Assembly (NCBI GenBank): GCA_964057225.1
Contig: OZ059900.1
Coordinates: forward strand, 682,001 to 746,000
Source: Auanema rhodensis
Lineage: Eukaryota > Animalia > Nematoda
Direction: 5' to 3'
DNA: 64,000 nt
A program made the position numbers and the translations under genes. The notes under the pieces were generated by a model. It was not told the origin of the DNA. It was given only the letters and a program-made list of their open reading frames with translations, and searched no databases. Positions 12,001 through 26,270 of this stretch are shown piece after piece (position 1 is the first letter of the stretch; every line of letters starts with the position of its first letter).

Positions 12001-12359
12001 AAGTATGGTCGTTTTTATGCCTCTAACACCATATACTCACCGATTTTTGGTACAAAATCTGTAATACTTGTAAATTTTGATCATACTCGTTAAGATTCGA
12101 GAATCAAACACATAATACACGAAATAAGTCTAGTTTTACGAGTTTGCACTGATATTTATTCATTTTGATCAAAAAAGGTCGAAAATAGAAAGAATTTTTG
12201 AAATTTCCGAGTTTTGAGTCTAATTTGGCTAAATCGCTCATATATATGATCAAAAGCATAGTTTTATTGTCTATAACAACAAAAGTCATCAATTAAACGC
12301 TAGTGATGTTTAAATACTGATTTTCGCTCAAATAGCATTACTACACTAAGTATGGTCGT

Positions 12360-15300
12360 TTTTATGCCTTTAACACCATATACTCACCGATTTTTGGTAC
12401 AAAATCTGTAATACTTGTAAATTTTGATCATATTTGTTAAGATTCGAGAATCAAACACATAATACACGAAATAAGTCTATTTTTATGAGTTTGCACTGAT
12501 ATTTATTTATTTTGATCAAAAAAGGTCGAAAATAGAAAGAATTTTTGAATTTTCCGAGTTTTGAGCCCAATTGGGCTAAACCGCTCATATATATGATCAG
12601 AAGCATAGTTTTATTGTCTATGATAACAAAAGTCTTCAAATATACACTAATAATGTTTAAATCACTGAATTTCACTCAAATAGCATTACTACACTAAGTA
12701 TGGTCGTTTTTATGCCTCTAACACCATATACTCACCGATTTTTGGTACAAAATCTGTAATACTTGTAAATTTTGATCATATTCGTTAAGATTCGAGAATC
12801 AAACACATAATACACGAAATAAGTCTATTTTTATGAGTTTGCACTGATATTTATTTATTTTGATCAAAAAAGGTCGAAAATAGAAAGAATTTTTGAATTT
12901 TCCGAGTTTTGAGTCCAATTGGGCTAAATCGCTCATATATATGATCAAAAGCATAGTTTTACTGTCTATAACAACAAAAGTCATCAATTAAACGCTAGTG
13001 ATATTTAAATACTGATTTTCGCTCAAGTAGCATTACTACACTAAGTATGGTCGTTTTTATGCCTTTAACACCATATACTCACCGATTTTTGGTACAAAAT
13101 CTGTAATACTTGTAAATTTTGATCATATTCGTTAAGATTTGAGAATCAAACATACAATACACAAAATCAGTCTATTTTTATGAGCTTGCACTGATATATA
13201 TTCATTTTGATCAAAAAAGGTCGAAAATAGAAAGAATTTTTGAAATTTCCGAGTTTTGAGTCTAATTCGGCTAAATCGCTCATATATATGATCAGAAGCA
13301 TAGTTTTATTGTCTATGACAACAAAAATCATCAATTAAACGCTAGTGATGTTTAAATACTGATTTTCGCTCAAATAGCATTACTACACTAAGTATGGTCG
13401 TTTTTATGCCTTTAACACCATATACTCACCGATTTTTGGTACAAAATCTGTAATACTCGTAAAATTTGATCATATTTGTTAAGATTTGAGAATCAAACAC
13501 ACAATACACAAAATCAGTCTATTTTTATGAGTTTACACTGATATATATTCATTTTCATCAAAAAAGGTCGAAAATAGAAAGAACTTTTGAAATTTCCGAG
13601 TTTTGAGTCCAATTTGGCTAAATCGCTCATATATATGATCAAAAGCATAGTTTTATTGTCTATAACAACAAAAGTCATCAATTAAACGCTAGTGATGTTT
13701 AAATACTGATTTTCGCTCAAGTAGCATTACTACACTAAGTATGGTCGTTTTTATGCCTTTAACACCATATACTCACCGATTTTTGGTACAAAATCTGTAA
13801 TACTCGTAAATTTCGATCTTATTCGTTAAGATTCGAGAATCAAACACACAATACACGAAATAAGTTTATTTTTACGAGTTTGCACTGATATTTATTCATT
13901 TTGATCAAAAAAGGTCGAAAATAGAAAGAATTTTTGAATTTTCCGAGTTTTGAGTCGAATTGGGCTAAATCGCTCATATATATGATCAAAAGCATAGTTT
14001 TACTGTCTATGATAACAAAAGTCTTCAAATATACACTAATAATGATTAAATCACTGAATTTCACTCAATTAGCATTACTACACTAAGTATGGTCGTTTTT
14101 ATGCCTTTAACACCATATACTCACCGATTTTTGGTACAAAATCTGTAATACTTGTAAATTTTGATCATATTTGTTAAGATTCGAGAATCAAACACATAAT
14201 ACACAAAATAAGTCTATTTTTACAAGTTTGCACTGATATTTATTCATTTTGATCAAAAAAGGTCGAAAATAGAAAGAATTTTTGAAATTTCCGAGTTTTG
14301 AGTCCAATTTGGCTAAATCGCTCATATATATGATCAAAAGCATAGTTTTATTGTCTATAACAACAAAAGTCATCAATTAAACGCTAGTGATGTTTAAATA
14401 CTGAATTTCGCTCAAATAGCATTACTACACTAAGTATGGTCGTTTTTATGCCTTTAACACCATATACTCACCGATTTTTGGTACAAAATCTGTAATACTC
14501 GTAAATTTTGATCATATTCGTTAAGATTTGAGAATCAAACATACAATACACAAAATCAGTCTATTTTTATGAGCTTGCACTGATATATATTCATTTTGAT
14601 CAAAAAAGGTCGAAAATAGAAAGAATTTTTGAAATTTCCGAGTTTTGAGTCTAATTTGGCTAAATCGCTCATATATAAGATCAGAAGCATAGTTTTATTG
14701 TCTATGACAACAAAAATCATCAATTAAACGCTAGTGATGTTTAAATACTGATTTTCGCTCAAATAGCATTACTACACTAAGTATGGTCGTTTTTATGCCT
14801 TTAACACCATATACTCACCGATTTTTGGTACAAAATCTGTAATACTCGTAAATTTTGATCATATTCGTTAAGATTTGAAAATCAAACACACATTAACAAA
14901 ATCAGTCTATTTTTATGAGTTTGCACTGATATATATTCATTTTGATCAAAAAAGGTCGAAAATAGAAAGAATTTTTGAATTTTCCGAGTTTTGAGTCCAA
15001 TTGGGCTAAATCGCTCATATATAAGATCAGAAGCATAGTTTTATTGTCTATGACAACAAAAATCATCAATTAAACGCTAGTGATGTTTAAATACTGATTT
15101 TCGCTCAAATAGCATTACTACACTAAGTATGGTCGTTTTTATGCCTTTAACACCATATACTCACCGATTTTTGGTACAAAATCTGTAATACTCGTAAAAT
15201 TTGATCATATTTGTTAAGATTTGAGAATCAAACACACAATACACAAAATCAGTCTATTTTTATGAGTTTACACTGATATATATTCATTTTCATCAAAAAA

Positions 15301-18300
15301 GGTCGAAAATAGAAAGAATTTTTGAAATTTCCGAGTTTTGAGTCCAATTTGGCTAAATCGCTCATATATATGATCAAAAGCATAGTTTTATTGTCTATAA
15401 CAACAAAAGTCATCAATTAAACGCTAGTGATGTTTAAATACTGATTTTCGCTCAAATAGCATTACTACACTAAGTATGGTCGTTTTTATGCCTCTAACAC
15501 CATATACTCACCGATTTTTGGTACAAAATCTGTAATACTTGTAAATTTTGATCATATTCGTTAAGATTTGAGAATCAAACATACAATACACGAAATAAGT
15601 CTATTTTTATGAGTTTGCACTGATATTTATTTATTTTGATCAAAAAAGGTCGAAAATAGAAAGAATTTTTGAATTTTCCGAGTTTTGAGCCCAATTGGGC
15701 TAAACCGCTCATATATATGATCAGAAGCATAGTTTTATTGTCTATGATAACAAAAGTCTTCAAATATACACTAATAATGTTTAAATCACTGAATTTCACT
15801 CAAATAGCATTACTACACTAAGTATGGTCGTTTTTATGCCTCTAACACCATATACTCACCGATTTTTGGTACAAAATCTGTAATACTTGTAAATTTTGAT
15901 CATATTCGTTAAGATTCGAGAATCAAACACATAATACACGAAATAAGTCTATTTTTATGAGTTTGCACTGATATTTATTTATTTTGATCAAAAAAGGTCG
16001 AAAATAGAAAGAATTTTTGAATTTTCCGAGTTTTGAGTCCAATTGGGCTAAATCGCTCATATATATGATCAAAAGCATAGTTTTACTGTCTATAACAACA
16101 AAAGTCATCAATTAAACGCTAGTGATATTTAAATACTGATTTTCGCTCAAGTAGCATTACTACACTAAGTATGGTCGTTTTTATGCCTTTAACACCATAT
16201 ACTCACCGATTTTTGGTACAAAATCTGTAATACTTGTAAATTTTGATCATATTCGTTAAGATTTGAGAATCAAACATACAATACACAAAATCAGTCTATT
16301 TTTATGAGCTTGCACTGATATATATTCATTTTGATCAAAAAAGGTCGAAAATAGAAAGAATTTTTGAAATTTCCGAGTTTTGAGTCTAATTCGGCTAAAT
16401 CGCTCATATATATGATCAGAAGCATAGTTTTATTGTCTATGACAACAAAAATCATCAATTAAACGCTAGTGATGTTTAAATACTGATTTTCGCTCAAATA
16501 GCATTACTACACTAAGTATGGTCGTTTTTATGCCTTTAACACCATATACTCACCGATTTTTGGTACAAAATCTGTAATACTCGTAAAATTTGATCATATT
16601 TGTTAAGATTTGAGAATCAAACACACAATACACAAAATCAGTCTATTTTTATGAGTTTACACTGATATATATTCATTTTCATCAAAAAAGGTCGAAAATA
16701 GAAAGAACTTTTGAAATTTCCGAGTTTTGAGTCCAATTTGGCTAAATCGCTCATATATATGATCAAAAGCATAGTTTTATTGTCTATAACAACAAAAGTC
16801 ATCAATTAAACGCTAGTGATGTTTAAATACTGATTTTCGCTCAAGTAGCATTACTACACTAAGTATGGTCGTTTTTATGCCTTTAACACCATATACTCAC
16901 CGATTTTTGGTACAAAATCTGTAATACTCGTAAATTTCGATCTTATTCGTTAAGATTCGAGAATCAAACACACAATACACGAAATAAGTTTATTTTTACG
17001 AGTTTGCACTGATATTTATTCATTTTGATCAAAAAAGGTCGAAAATAGAAAGAATTTTTGAATTTTCCGAGTTTTGAGTCGAATTGGGCTAAATCGCTCA
17101 TATATATGATCAAAAGCATAGTTTTACTGTCTATGATAACAAAAGTCTTCAAATATACACTAATAATGATTAAATCACTGAATTTCACTCAATTAGCATT
17201 ACTACACTAAGTATGGTCGTTTTTATGCCTTTAACACCATATACTCACCGATTTTTGGTACAAAATCTGTAATACTTGTAAATTTTGATCATATTTGTTA
17301 AGATTCGAGAATCAAACACATAATACACAAAATAAGTCTATTTTTACAAGTTTGCACTGATATTTATTCATTTTGATCAAAAAAGGTCGAAAATAGAAAG
17401 AATTTTTGAAATTTCCGAGTTTTGAGTCCAATTTGGCTAAATCGCTCATATATATGATCAAAAGCATAGTTTTATTGTCTATAACAACAAAAGTCATCAA
17501 TTAAACGCTAGTGATGTTTAAATACTGAATTTCGCTCAAATAGCATTACTACACTAAGTATGGTCGTTTTTATGCCTTTAACACCATATACTCACCGATT
17601 TTTGGTACAAAATCTGTAATACTCGTAAATTTTGATCATATTCGTTAAGATTTGAGAATCAAACATACAATACACAAAATCAGTCTATTTTTATGAGCTT
17701 GCACTGATATATATTCATTTTGATCAAAAAAGGTCGAAAATAGAAAGAATTTTTGAAATTTCCGAGTTTTGAGTCTAATTTGGCTAAATCGCTCATATAT
17801 AAGATCAGAAGCATAGTTTTATTGTCTATGACAACAAAAATCATCAATTAAACGCTAGTGATGTTTAAATACTGATTTTCGCTCAAATAGCATTACTACA
17901 CTAAGTATGGTCGTTTTTATGCCTTTAACACCATATACTCACCGATTTTTGGTACAAAATCTGTAATACTCGTAAAATTTGATCATATTTGTTAAGATTT
18001 GAGAATCAAACACACAATACACAAAATCAGTCTATTTTTATGAGTTTACACTGATATATATTCATTTTCATCAAAAAAGGTCGAAAATAGAAAGAATTTT
18101 TGAAATTTCCGAGTTTTGAGTCCAATTTGGCTAAATCGCTCATATATATGATCAAAAACATAGTTTTATTGTCTATAACAACAAAAGTCATCAATTAAAC
18201 GCTAGTGATGTTTAAATACTGAATTTCGCTCAAATAGCATTACTACACTAAGTATGGTCGTTTTTATGCCTTTAACACCATATACTCACCGATTTTTGGT

Positions 18301-21100
18301 ACAAAATCTGTAATACTCGTAAATTTTGATCATATTCGTTAAGATTTGAGAATCAAACATACAATACACAAAATCAGTCTATTTTTATGAGCTTGCACTG
18401 ATATATATTCATTTTGATCAAAAAAGGTCGAAAATAGAAAGAATTTTTGAAATTTCCGAGTTTTGAGTCTAATTTGGCTAAATCGCTCATATATATGATC
18501 AGAAGCATAGTTTTATTGTCTATAACAACAAAAGTCATCAATTAAACGCTAGTGATGTTTAAATACTGATTTTCGCTCAAATAGCATTACTACACTAAGT
18601 ATGGTCGTTTTTATGCCTTTAACACCATATACTCACCGATTTTTGGTACAAAATCTGTAATACTTGTAAATTTTGATCATATTTGTTAAGATTCGAGAAT
18701 CAAACACATAATACACGAAATAAGTCTATTTTTATGAGTTTGCACTGATATTTATTTATTTTGATCAAAAAAGGTCGAAAATAGAAAGAATTTTTGAATT
18801 TTCCGAGTTTTGAGCCCAATTGGGCTAAACCGCTCATATATATGATCAGAAGCATAGTTTTATTGTCTATGATAACAAAAGTCTTCAAATATACACTAAT
18901 AATGTTTAAATCACTGAATTTCACTCAAATAGCATTACTACACTAAGTATGGTCGTTTTTATGCCTCTAACACCATATACTCACCGATTTTTGGTACAAA
19001 ATCTGTAATACTTGTAAATTTTGATCATATTCGTTAAGATTCGAGAATCAAACACATAATACACGAAATAAGTCTATTTTTATGAGTTTGCACTGATATT
19101 TATTTATTTTGATCAAAAAAGGTCGAAAATAGAAAGAATTTTTGAATTTTCCGAGTTTTGAGTCCAATTGGGCTAAATCGCTCATATATATGATCAAAAG
19201 CATAGTTTTACTGTCTATAACAACAAAAGTCATCAATTAAACGCTAGTGATATTTAAATACTGATTTTCGCTCAAGTAGCATTACTACACTAAGTATGGT
19301 CGTTTTTATGCCTTTAACACCATATACTCACCGATTTTTGGTACAAAATCTGTAATACTTGTAAATTTTGATCATATTCGTTAAGATTTGAGAATCAAAC
19401 ATACAATACACAAAATCAGTCTATTTTTATGAGCTTGCACTGATATATATTCATTTTGATCAAAAAAGGTCGAAAATAGAAAGAATTTTTGAAATTTCCG
19501 AGTTTTGAGTCTAATTCGGCTAAATCGCTCATATATATGATCAGAAGCATAGTTTTATTGTCTATGACAACAAAAATCATCAATTAAACGCTAGTGATGT
19601 TTAAATACTGATTTTCGCTCAAATAGCATTACTACACTAAGTATGGTCGTTTTTATGCCTTTAACACCATATACTCACCGATTTTTGGTACAAAATCTGT
19701 AATACTCGTAAAATTTGATCATATTTGTTAAGATTTGAGAATCAAACACACAATACACAAAATCAGTCTATTTTTATGAGTTTACACTGATATATATTCA
19801 TTTTCATCAAAAAAGGTCGAAAATAGAAAGAACTTTTGAAATTTCCGAGTTTTGAGTCCAATTTGGCTAAATCGCTCATATATATGATCAAAAGCATAGT
19901 TTTATTGTCTATAACAACAAAAGTCATCAATTAAACGCTAGTGATGTTTAAATACTGATTTTCGCTCAAGTAGCATTACTACACTAAGTATGGTCGTTTT
20001 TATGCCTTTAACACCATATACTCACCGATTTTTGGTACAAAATCTGTAATACTCGTAAATTTCGATCATATTCGTTAAGATTCGAGAATCAAACACACAA
20101 TACACGAAATAAGTTTATTTTTACGAGTTTGCACTGATATTTATTTATTTTGATCAAAAAAGGTCGAAAATAGAAAGAATTTTTGAATTTTCCGAGTTTT
20201 GAGTCCAATTGGGCTAAATCGCTCATATATATGATCAAAAGCATAGTTTTACTGTCTATGATAACAAAAGTCTTCAAATATACACTAATAATGATTAAAT
20301 CACTGAATTTCACTCAATTAGCATTACTACACTAAGTATGGTCGTTTTTATGCCTTTAACACCATATACTCACCGATTTTTGGTACAAAATCTGTAATAC
20401 TTGTAAATTTTGATCATATTTGTTAAGATTCGAGAATCAAACACATAATACACAAAATAAGTCTATTTTTACAAGTTTGCACTGATATTTATTCATTTTG
20501 ATCAAAAAAGGTCGAAAATAGAAAGAATTTTTGAAATTTCCGAGTTTTGAGTCCAATTTGGCTAAATCGCTCATATATATGATCAAAAGCATAGTTTTAT
20601 TGTCTATAACAACAAAAGTCATCAATTAAACGCTAGTGATGTTTAAATACTGAATTTCGCTCAAATAGCATTACTACACTAAGTATGGTCGTTTTTATGC
20701 CTTTAACACCATATACTCACCGATTTTTGGTACAAAATCTGTAATACTCGTAAATTTTGATCATATTCGTTAAGATTTGAGAATCAAACATACAATACAC
20801 AAAATCAGTCTATTTTTATGAGCTTGCACTGATATATATTCATTTTGATCAAAAAAGGTCGAAAATAGAAAGAATTTTTGAAATTTCCGAGTTTTGAGTC
20901 TAATTTGGCTAAATCGCTCATATATAAGATCAGAAGCATAGTTTTATTGTCTATGACAACAAAAATCATCAATTAAACGCTAGTGATGTTTAAATACTGA
21001 TTTTCGCTCAAATAGCATTACTACACTAAGTATGGTCGTTTTTATGCCTTTAACACCATATACTCACCGATTTTTGGTACAAAATCTGTAATACTCGTAA
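12360..21100 (+). repeat. 9-monomer higher-order repeat, about 3 copies (period 3124/3125 bp)
   Basis: Marker AGCCCAATTGGGCTAAACCGCTC at 12564, 15688 and 18813. ORF series 12451/15575/18700, 12799/15923/19048, 13840/16964/20089 and 14188/17312/20437. 7x347+2x348 = 3125, and the first copy has a 1-bp deletion near 14892. The last two monomers differ between copies. Confidence 0.9.
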
Positions 21101-24100
21101 ATTTTGATCATATTCGTTAAGATTTGAAAATCAAACACACAATAAACAAAATCAGTCTATTTTTATGAGTTTACACTGATATATATTCATTTTCATCAAA
21201 AAAGGTCGAAAATAGAAAGAATTTTTGAAATTTCCGAGTTTTGAGTCCAATTTGGCTAAATCGCTCATATATATGATCAAAAACATAGTTTTATTGTCTA
21301 TAACAACAAAAGTCATCAATTAAACGCTAGTGATGTTTAAATACTGATTTTCGCTCAAGTAGCATTACTACACTAAGTATGGTCGTTTTTATGCCTTTAA
21401 CACCATATACTCACCGATTTTTGGTACAAAATCTGTAATACTCGTAAATTTCGATCATATTCGTTAAGATTCGAGAATCAAACACACAATACACGAAATA
21501 AGTTTTTTTTACGAGTTTGCACTGATATTTATTCATTTTGATCAAAAAAGGTCGAAAATAGAAAGAATTTTTGAATTTTCCGAGTTTTGAGTCGAATTGG
21601 GCTAAATCGCTCATATATAAGATCAGAAGCATAGTTTTATTGTCTATGACAACAAAAATCATCAATTAAACGCTAGTGATGTTTAAATACTGATTTTCGC
21701 TCAAATAGCATTACTACACTAAGTATGGTCGTTTTTATGCCTTTAACACCATATACTCACCGAGTTTTGGTACAAAATCTGTAATACTCGTAAATTTTGA
21801 TCATATTCGTTAAGATTTGAAAATCAAACACACAGTAAACAAAATCAGTCTATTTTTATGAGTTTGCACTGATATATATTCATTTTGATCAAAAAAGGTC
21901 GAAAATAGAAAGAATTTTTGAATTTTCCGAGTTTTGAGTCCAATTGGGCTAAATCGCTCATATATATAATCAAAAGCATAGTTTTACTGTCTATGATAAC
22001 AAAAGTCATCAATTAAACGCTAGTGATGTTTAAATACTGATTTTCGCTCAAATAGCATTACTACACTAAGTATGGTCGTTTTTATGCCTTTAACACCATA
22101 TACTCACCGATTTTTGGTACAAAATCTGTGATACTCGTAAATTTTGATCATATTCGGTGAGATTCGAGAATCAAACACACAATACACGAAATAAGTCTAT
22201 TTTTACGAGTTTGCACTGATATTTATTCATTTTGATCAAAAAAGGTCGAAAATAGAAAGAATTTTTGAAATTTCCGAGTTTTGAGTCTAATTTGGCTAAA
22301 TCGCTCATATATATGATCAAACGCATAGTTTCACTGTCTATGATAACAAAAGTCTTCAAATATACACTAGTAATGATTAAATCACTGAATTTCACTCAAA
22401 GAGCTTTACTACACTAAGTATGGTCGTTTTTATGCCTTTAACACCATATACTCACCGATTTTTGGTACAAAATCTGTAATACTCGTAAATTTTGATCATA
22501 TCCGTTAAGATTCGAGAATCAAACACACAATACACGAAATAAGTTTATTTTTACGAGTTTGCACTGATATTTATTCATTTTGATCAAAAAAGGTCGAAAA
22601 TAGAAAGAATTTTTGAATTTTCCGAGTTTTGAGTCCAATTGGGCTAAATCGCTCATATATATGATCAAAAGCATAGTTTCACTGTCTATGATAACAAAAG
22701 TCTTCAAATATAAACTAGTAATGATTAAATCACTGAATTTCACTCAAATAGCATTACTACACTAAGTATGGTCGTTTTTATGCCTTTAACACCATATACT
22801 CACCGATTTTTGGTACAAAATCTGTAATACTTGTAAATTTTGATCATATTCGTTAAGATTTGAGAATCAAACATACAATACACAAAATCAGTCTATTTTT
22901 ATGAGCTTGCACTGATATATATTCATTTTGATCAAAAAAGGTCGAAAATAGAAAGAATTTTTGAAATTTCCGAGTTTTGAGTCTAATTCGGCTAAATCGC
23001 TCATATATATGATCAGAAGCATAGTTTTATTGTCTATGACAACAAAAATCATCAATTAAACGCTAGTGATGTTTAAATACTGATTTTCGCTCAAATAGCA
23101 TTACTACACTAAGTATGGTCGTTTTTATGCCTTTAACACCATATACTCACCGATTTTTGGTACAAAATCTGTAATACTCGTAAAATTTGATCATATTTGT
23201 TAAGATTTGAGAATCAAACACACAATACACAAAATCAGTCTATTTTTATGAGTTTACACTGATATATATTCATTTTCATCAAAAAAGGTCGAAAATAGAA
23301 AGAACTTTTGAAATTTCCGAGTTTTGAGTCCAATTTGGCTAAATCGCTCATATATATGATCAAAAGCATAGTTTTATTGTCTATAACAACAAAAGTCATC
23401 AATTAAACGCTAGTGATGTTTAAATACTGATTTTCGCTCAAGTAGCATTACTACACTAAGTATGGTCGTTTTTATGCCTTTAACACCATATACTCACCGA
23501 TTTTTGGTACAAAATCTGTAATACTCGTAAATTTCGATCATATTCGTTAAGATTCGAGAATCAAACACACAATACACGAAATAAGTTTATTTTTACGAGT
23601 TTGCACTGATATTTATTCATTTTGATCAAAAAAGGTCGAAAATAGAAAGAATTTTTGAATTTTCCGAGTTTTGAGTCGAATTGGGCTAAATCGCTCATAT
23701 ATATGATCAAAAGCATAGTTTTACTGTCTATGATAACAAAAGTCTTCAAATATACACTAATAATGATTAAATCACTGAATTTCACTCAATTAGCATTACT
23801 ACACTAAGTATGGTCGTTTTTATGCCTTTAACACCATATACTCACCGATTTTTGGTACAAAATCTGTAATACTTGTAAATTTTGATCATATTTGTTAAGA
23901 TTTGAGAATCAAACACATAATACACAAAATAAGTCTATTTTTACAAGTTTGCACTGATATTTATTCATTTTGATCAAAAAAGGTCGAAAATAGAAAGAAT
24001 TTTTGAAATTTCCGAGTTTTGAGTCCAATTTGGCTAAATCGCTCATATATATGATCAAAAGCATAGTTTTATTGTCTATAACAACAAAAGTCATCAATTA

Positions 24101-26270
24101 AACGCTAGTGATGTTTAAATACTGAATTTCGCTCAAATAGCATTACTACACTAAGTATGGTCGTTTTTATGCCTTTAACACCATATACTCACCGATTTTT
24201 GGTACAAAATCTGTAATACTCGTAAATTTTGATCATATTCGTTAAGATTTGAGAATCAAACATACAATACACAAAATCAGTCTATTTTTATGAGCTTGCA
24301 CTGATATATATTCATTTTGATCAAAAAAGGTCGAAAATAGAAAGAATTTTTGAAATTTCCGAGTTTTGAGTCTAATTTGGCTAAATCGCTCATATATAAG
24401 ATCAGAAGCATAGTTTTATTGTCTATGACAACAAAAATCATCAATTAAACGCTAGTGATGTTTAAATACTGATTTTCGCTCAAATAGCATTACTACACTA
24501 AGTATGGTCGTTTTTATGCCTTTAACACCATATACTCACCGATTTTTGGTACAAAATCTGTAATACTCGTAAATTTTGATCATATTCGTTAAGATTTGAA
24601 AATCAAACACACAATAAACAAAATCAGTCTATTTTTATGAGTTTGCACTGATATATATTCATTTTGATCAAAAAAGGTCGAAAATAGAAAGAATTTTTGA
24701 ATTTTCCGAGTTTTGAGTCCAATTGGGCTAAATCGTTCATATATAAGATCAGAAGCATAGTTTTATTGTCTATGACAACAAAAATCATCAATTAAACGCT
24801 AGTGATGTTTAAATACTGATTTTCGCTCAAATAGCATTACTACACTAAGTATGGTCGTTTTTATGCCTTTAACACCATATACTCACCGATTTTTGGTACA
24901 AAATCTGTAATACTCGTAAAATTTGATCATATTTGTTAAGATTTGAGAATCAAACACACAATACACAAAATCAGTCTATTTTTATGAGTTTACACTGATA
25001 TATATTCATTTTCATCAAAAAAGGTCGAAAATAGAAAGAATTTTTGAAATTTCCGAGTTTTGAGTCCAATTTGGCTAAATCGCTCATATATATGATCAAA
25101 AGCATAGTTCTATTGTCTATAACAACAAAAGTCATCAATTAAACGCTAGTGATGTTTAAATACTGATTTTCGCTCAAGTAGCATTACTACACTAAGTATG
25201 GTCGTTTTTATGCCTTTAACACCATATACTCACCGATTTTCGGTACAAAATCTGTAATACTCGTAAATTTCGATCATATTCGTTAAGATTCGAGAATCAA
25301 ACACACAATACACGAAATAAGTTTATTTTTACGAGTTTGCACTGATATTTATTCATTTTGATCAAAAAAGGTCGAAAATAGAAAGAATTTTTGAATTTTC
25401 CGAGTTTTGAGTCGAATTGGGCTAAATCGCTCATATATAAGATCAGAAGCATAGTTTTATTGTCTATGACAACAAAAATCATCAATTAAACGCTAGTGAT
25501 GTTTAAATACTGATTTTCGCTCAAATAGCATTACTACACTAAGTATGGTCGTTTTTATGCCTTTAACACCATATACTCACCGAGTTTTGGTACAAAATCT
25601 GTAATACTCGTAAATTTTGATCATATTCGGTGAGATTCGAGAATCAAACACACAATACACGAAATAAGTCTATTTTTACGAGTTTGCACTGATATTTATT
25701 CATTTTGATCAAAAAAGGTCGAAAATAGAAAGAATTTTTGAAATTTCCGAGTTTTGAGTCTAATTTGGCTAAATCGCTCATATATATGATCAAACGCATA
25801 GTTTCACTGTCTATGATAACAAAAGTCTTCAAATATACACTAGTAATGATTAAATCACTGAATTTCACTCAAAGAGCTTTACTACACTAAGTATGGTCGT
25901 TTTTATGCCTTTAACACCATATACTCACCGATTTTTGGTACAAAATCTGTAATACTCGTAAATTTTGATCATATCCGTTAAGATTCGAGAATCAAACACA
26001 CAATACACGAAATAAGTTTATTTTTACGAGTTTGCACTGATATTTATTCATTTTGATCAAAAAAGGTCGAAAATAGAAAGAATTTTTGAATTTTCCGAGT
26101 TTTGAGTCCAATTGGGCTAAATCGCTCATATATATGATCAAAAGCATAGTTTCACTGTCTATGATAACAAAAGTCTTCAAATATAAACTAGTAATGATTA
26201 AATCACTGAATTTCACTCAAATAGCATTACTACACTAAGTATGGTCGTTTTTATGCCTTTAACACCATAT
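19330..26270 (+). repeat. Imperfect ~10-monomer duplication (offset 3472/3473 bp)
   Basis: ORF pairs 20089/23561 and 20437/23909 (3472); 22171/25644 and 22519/25992 (3473). CTAATTCGGC at 19511 and 22983. Internal monomer order is not fully conserved. Confidence 0.7.
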
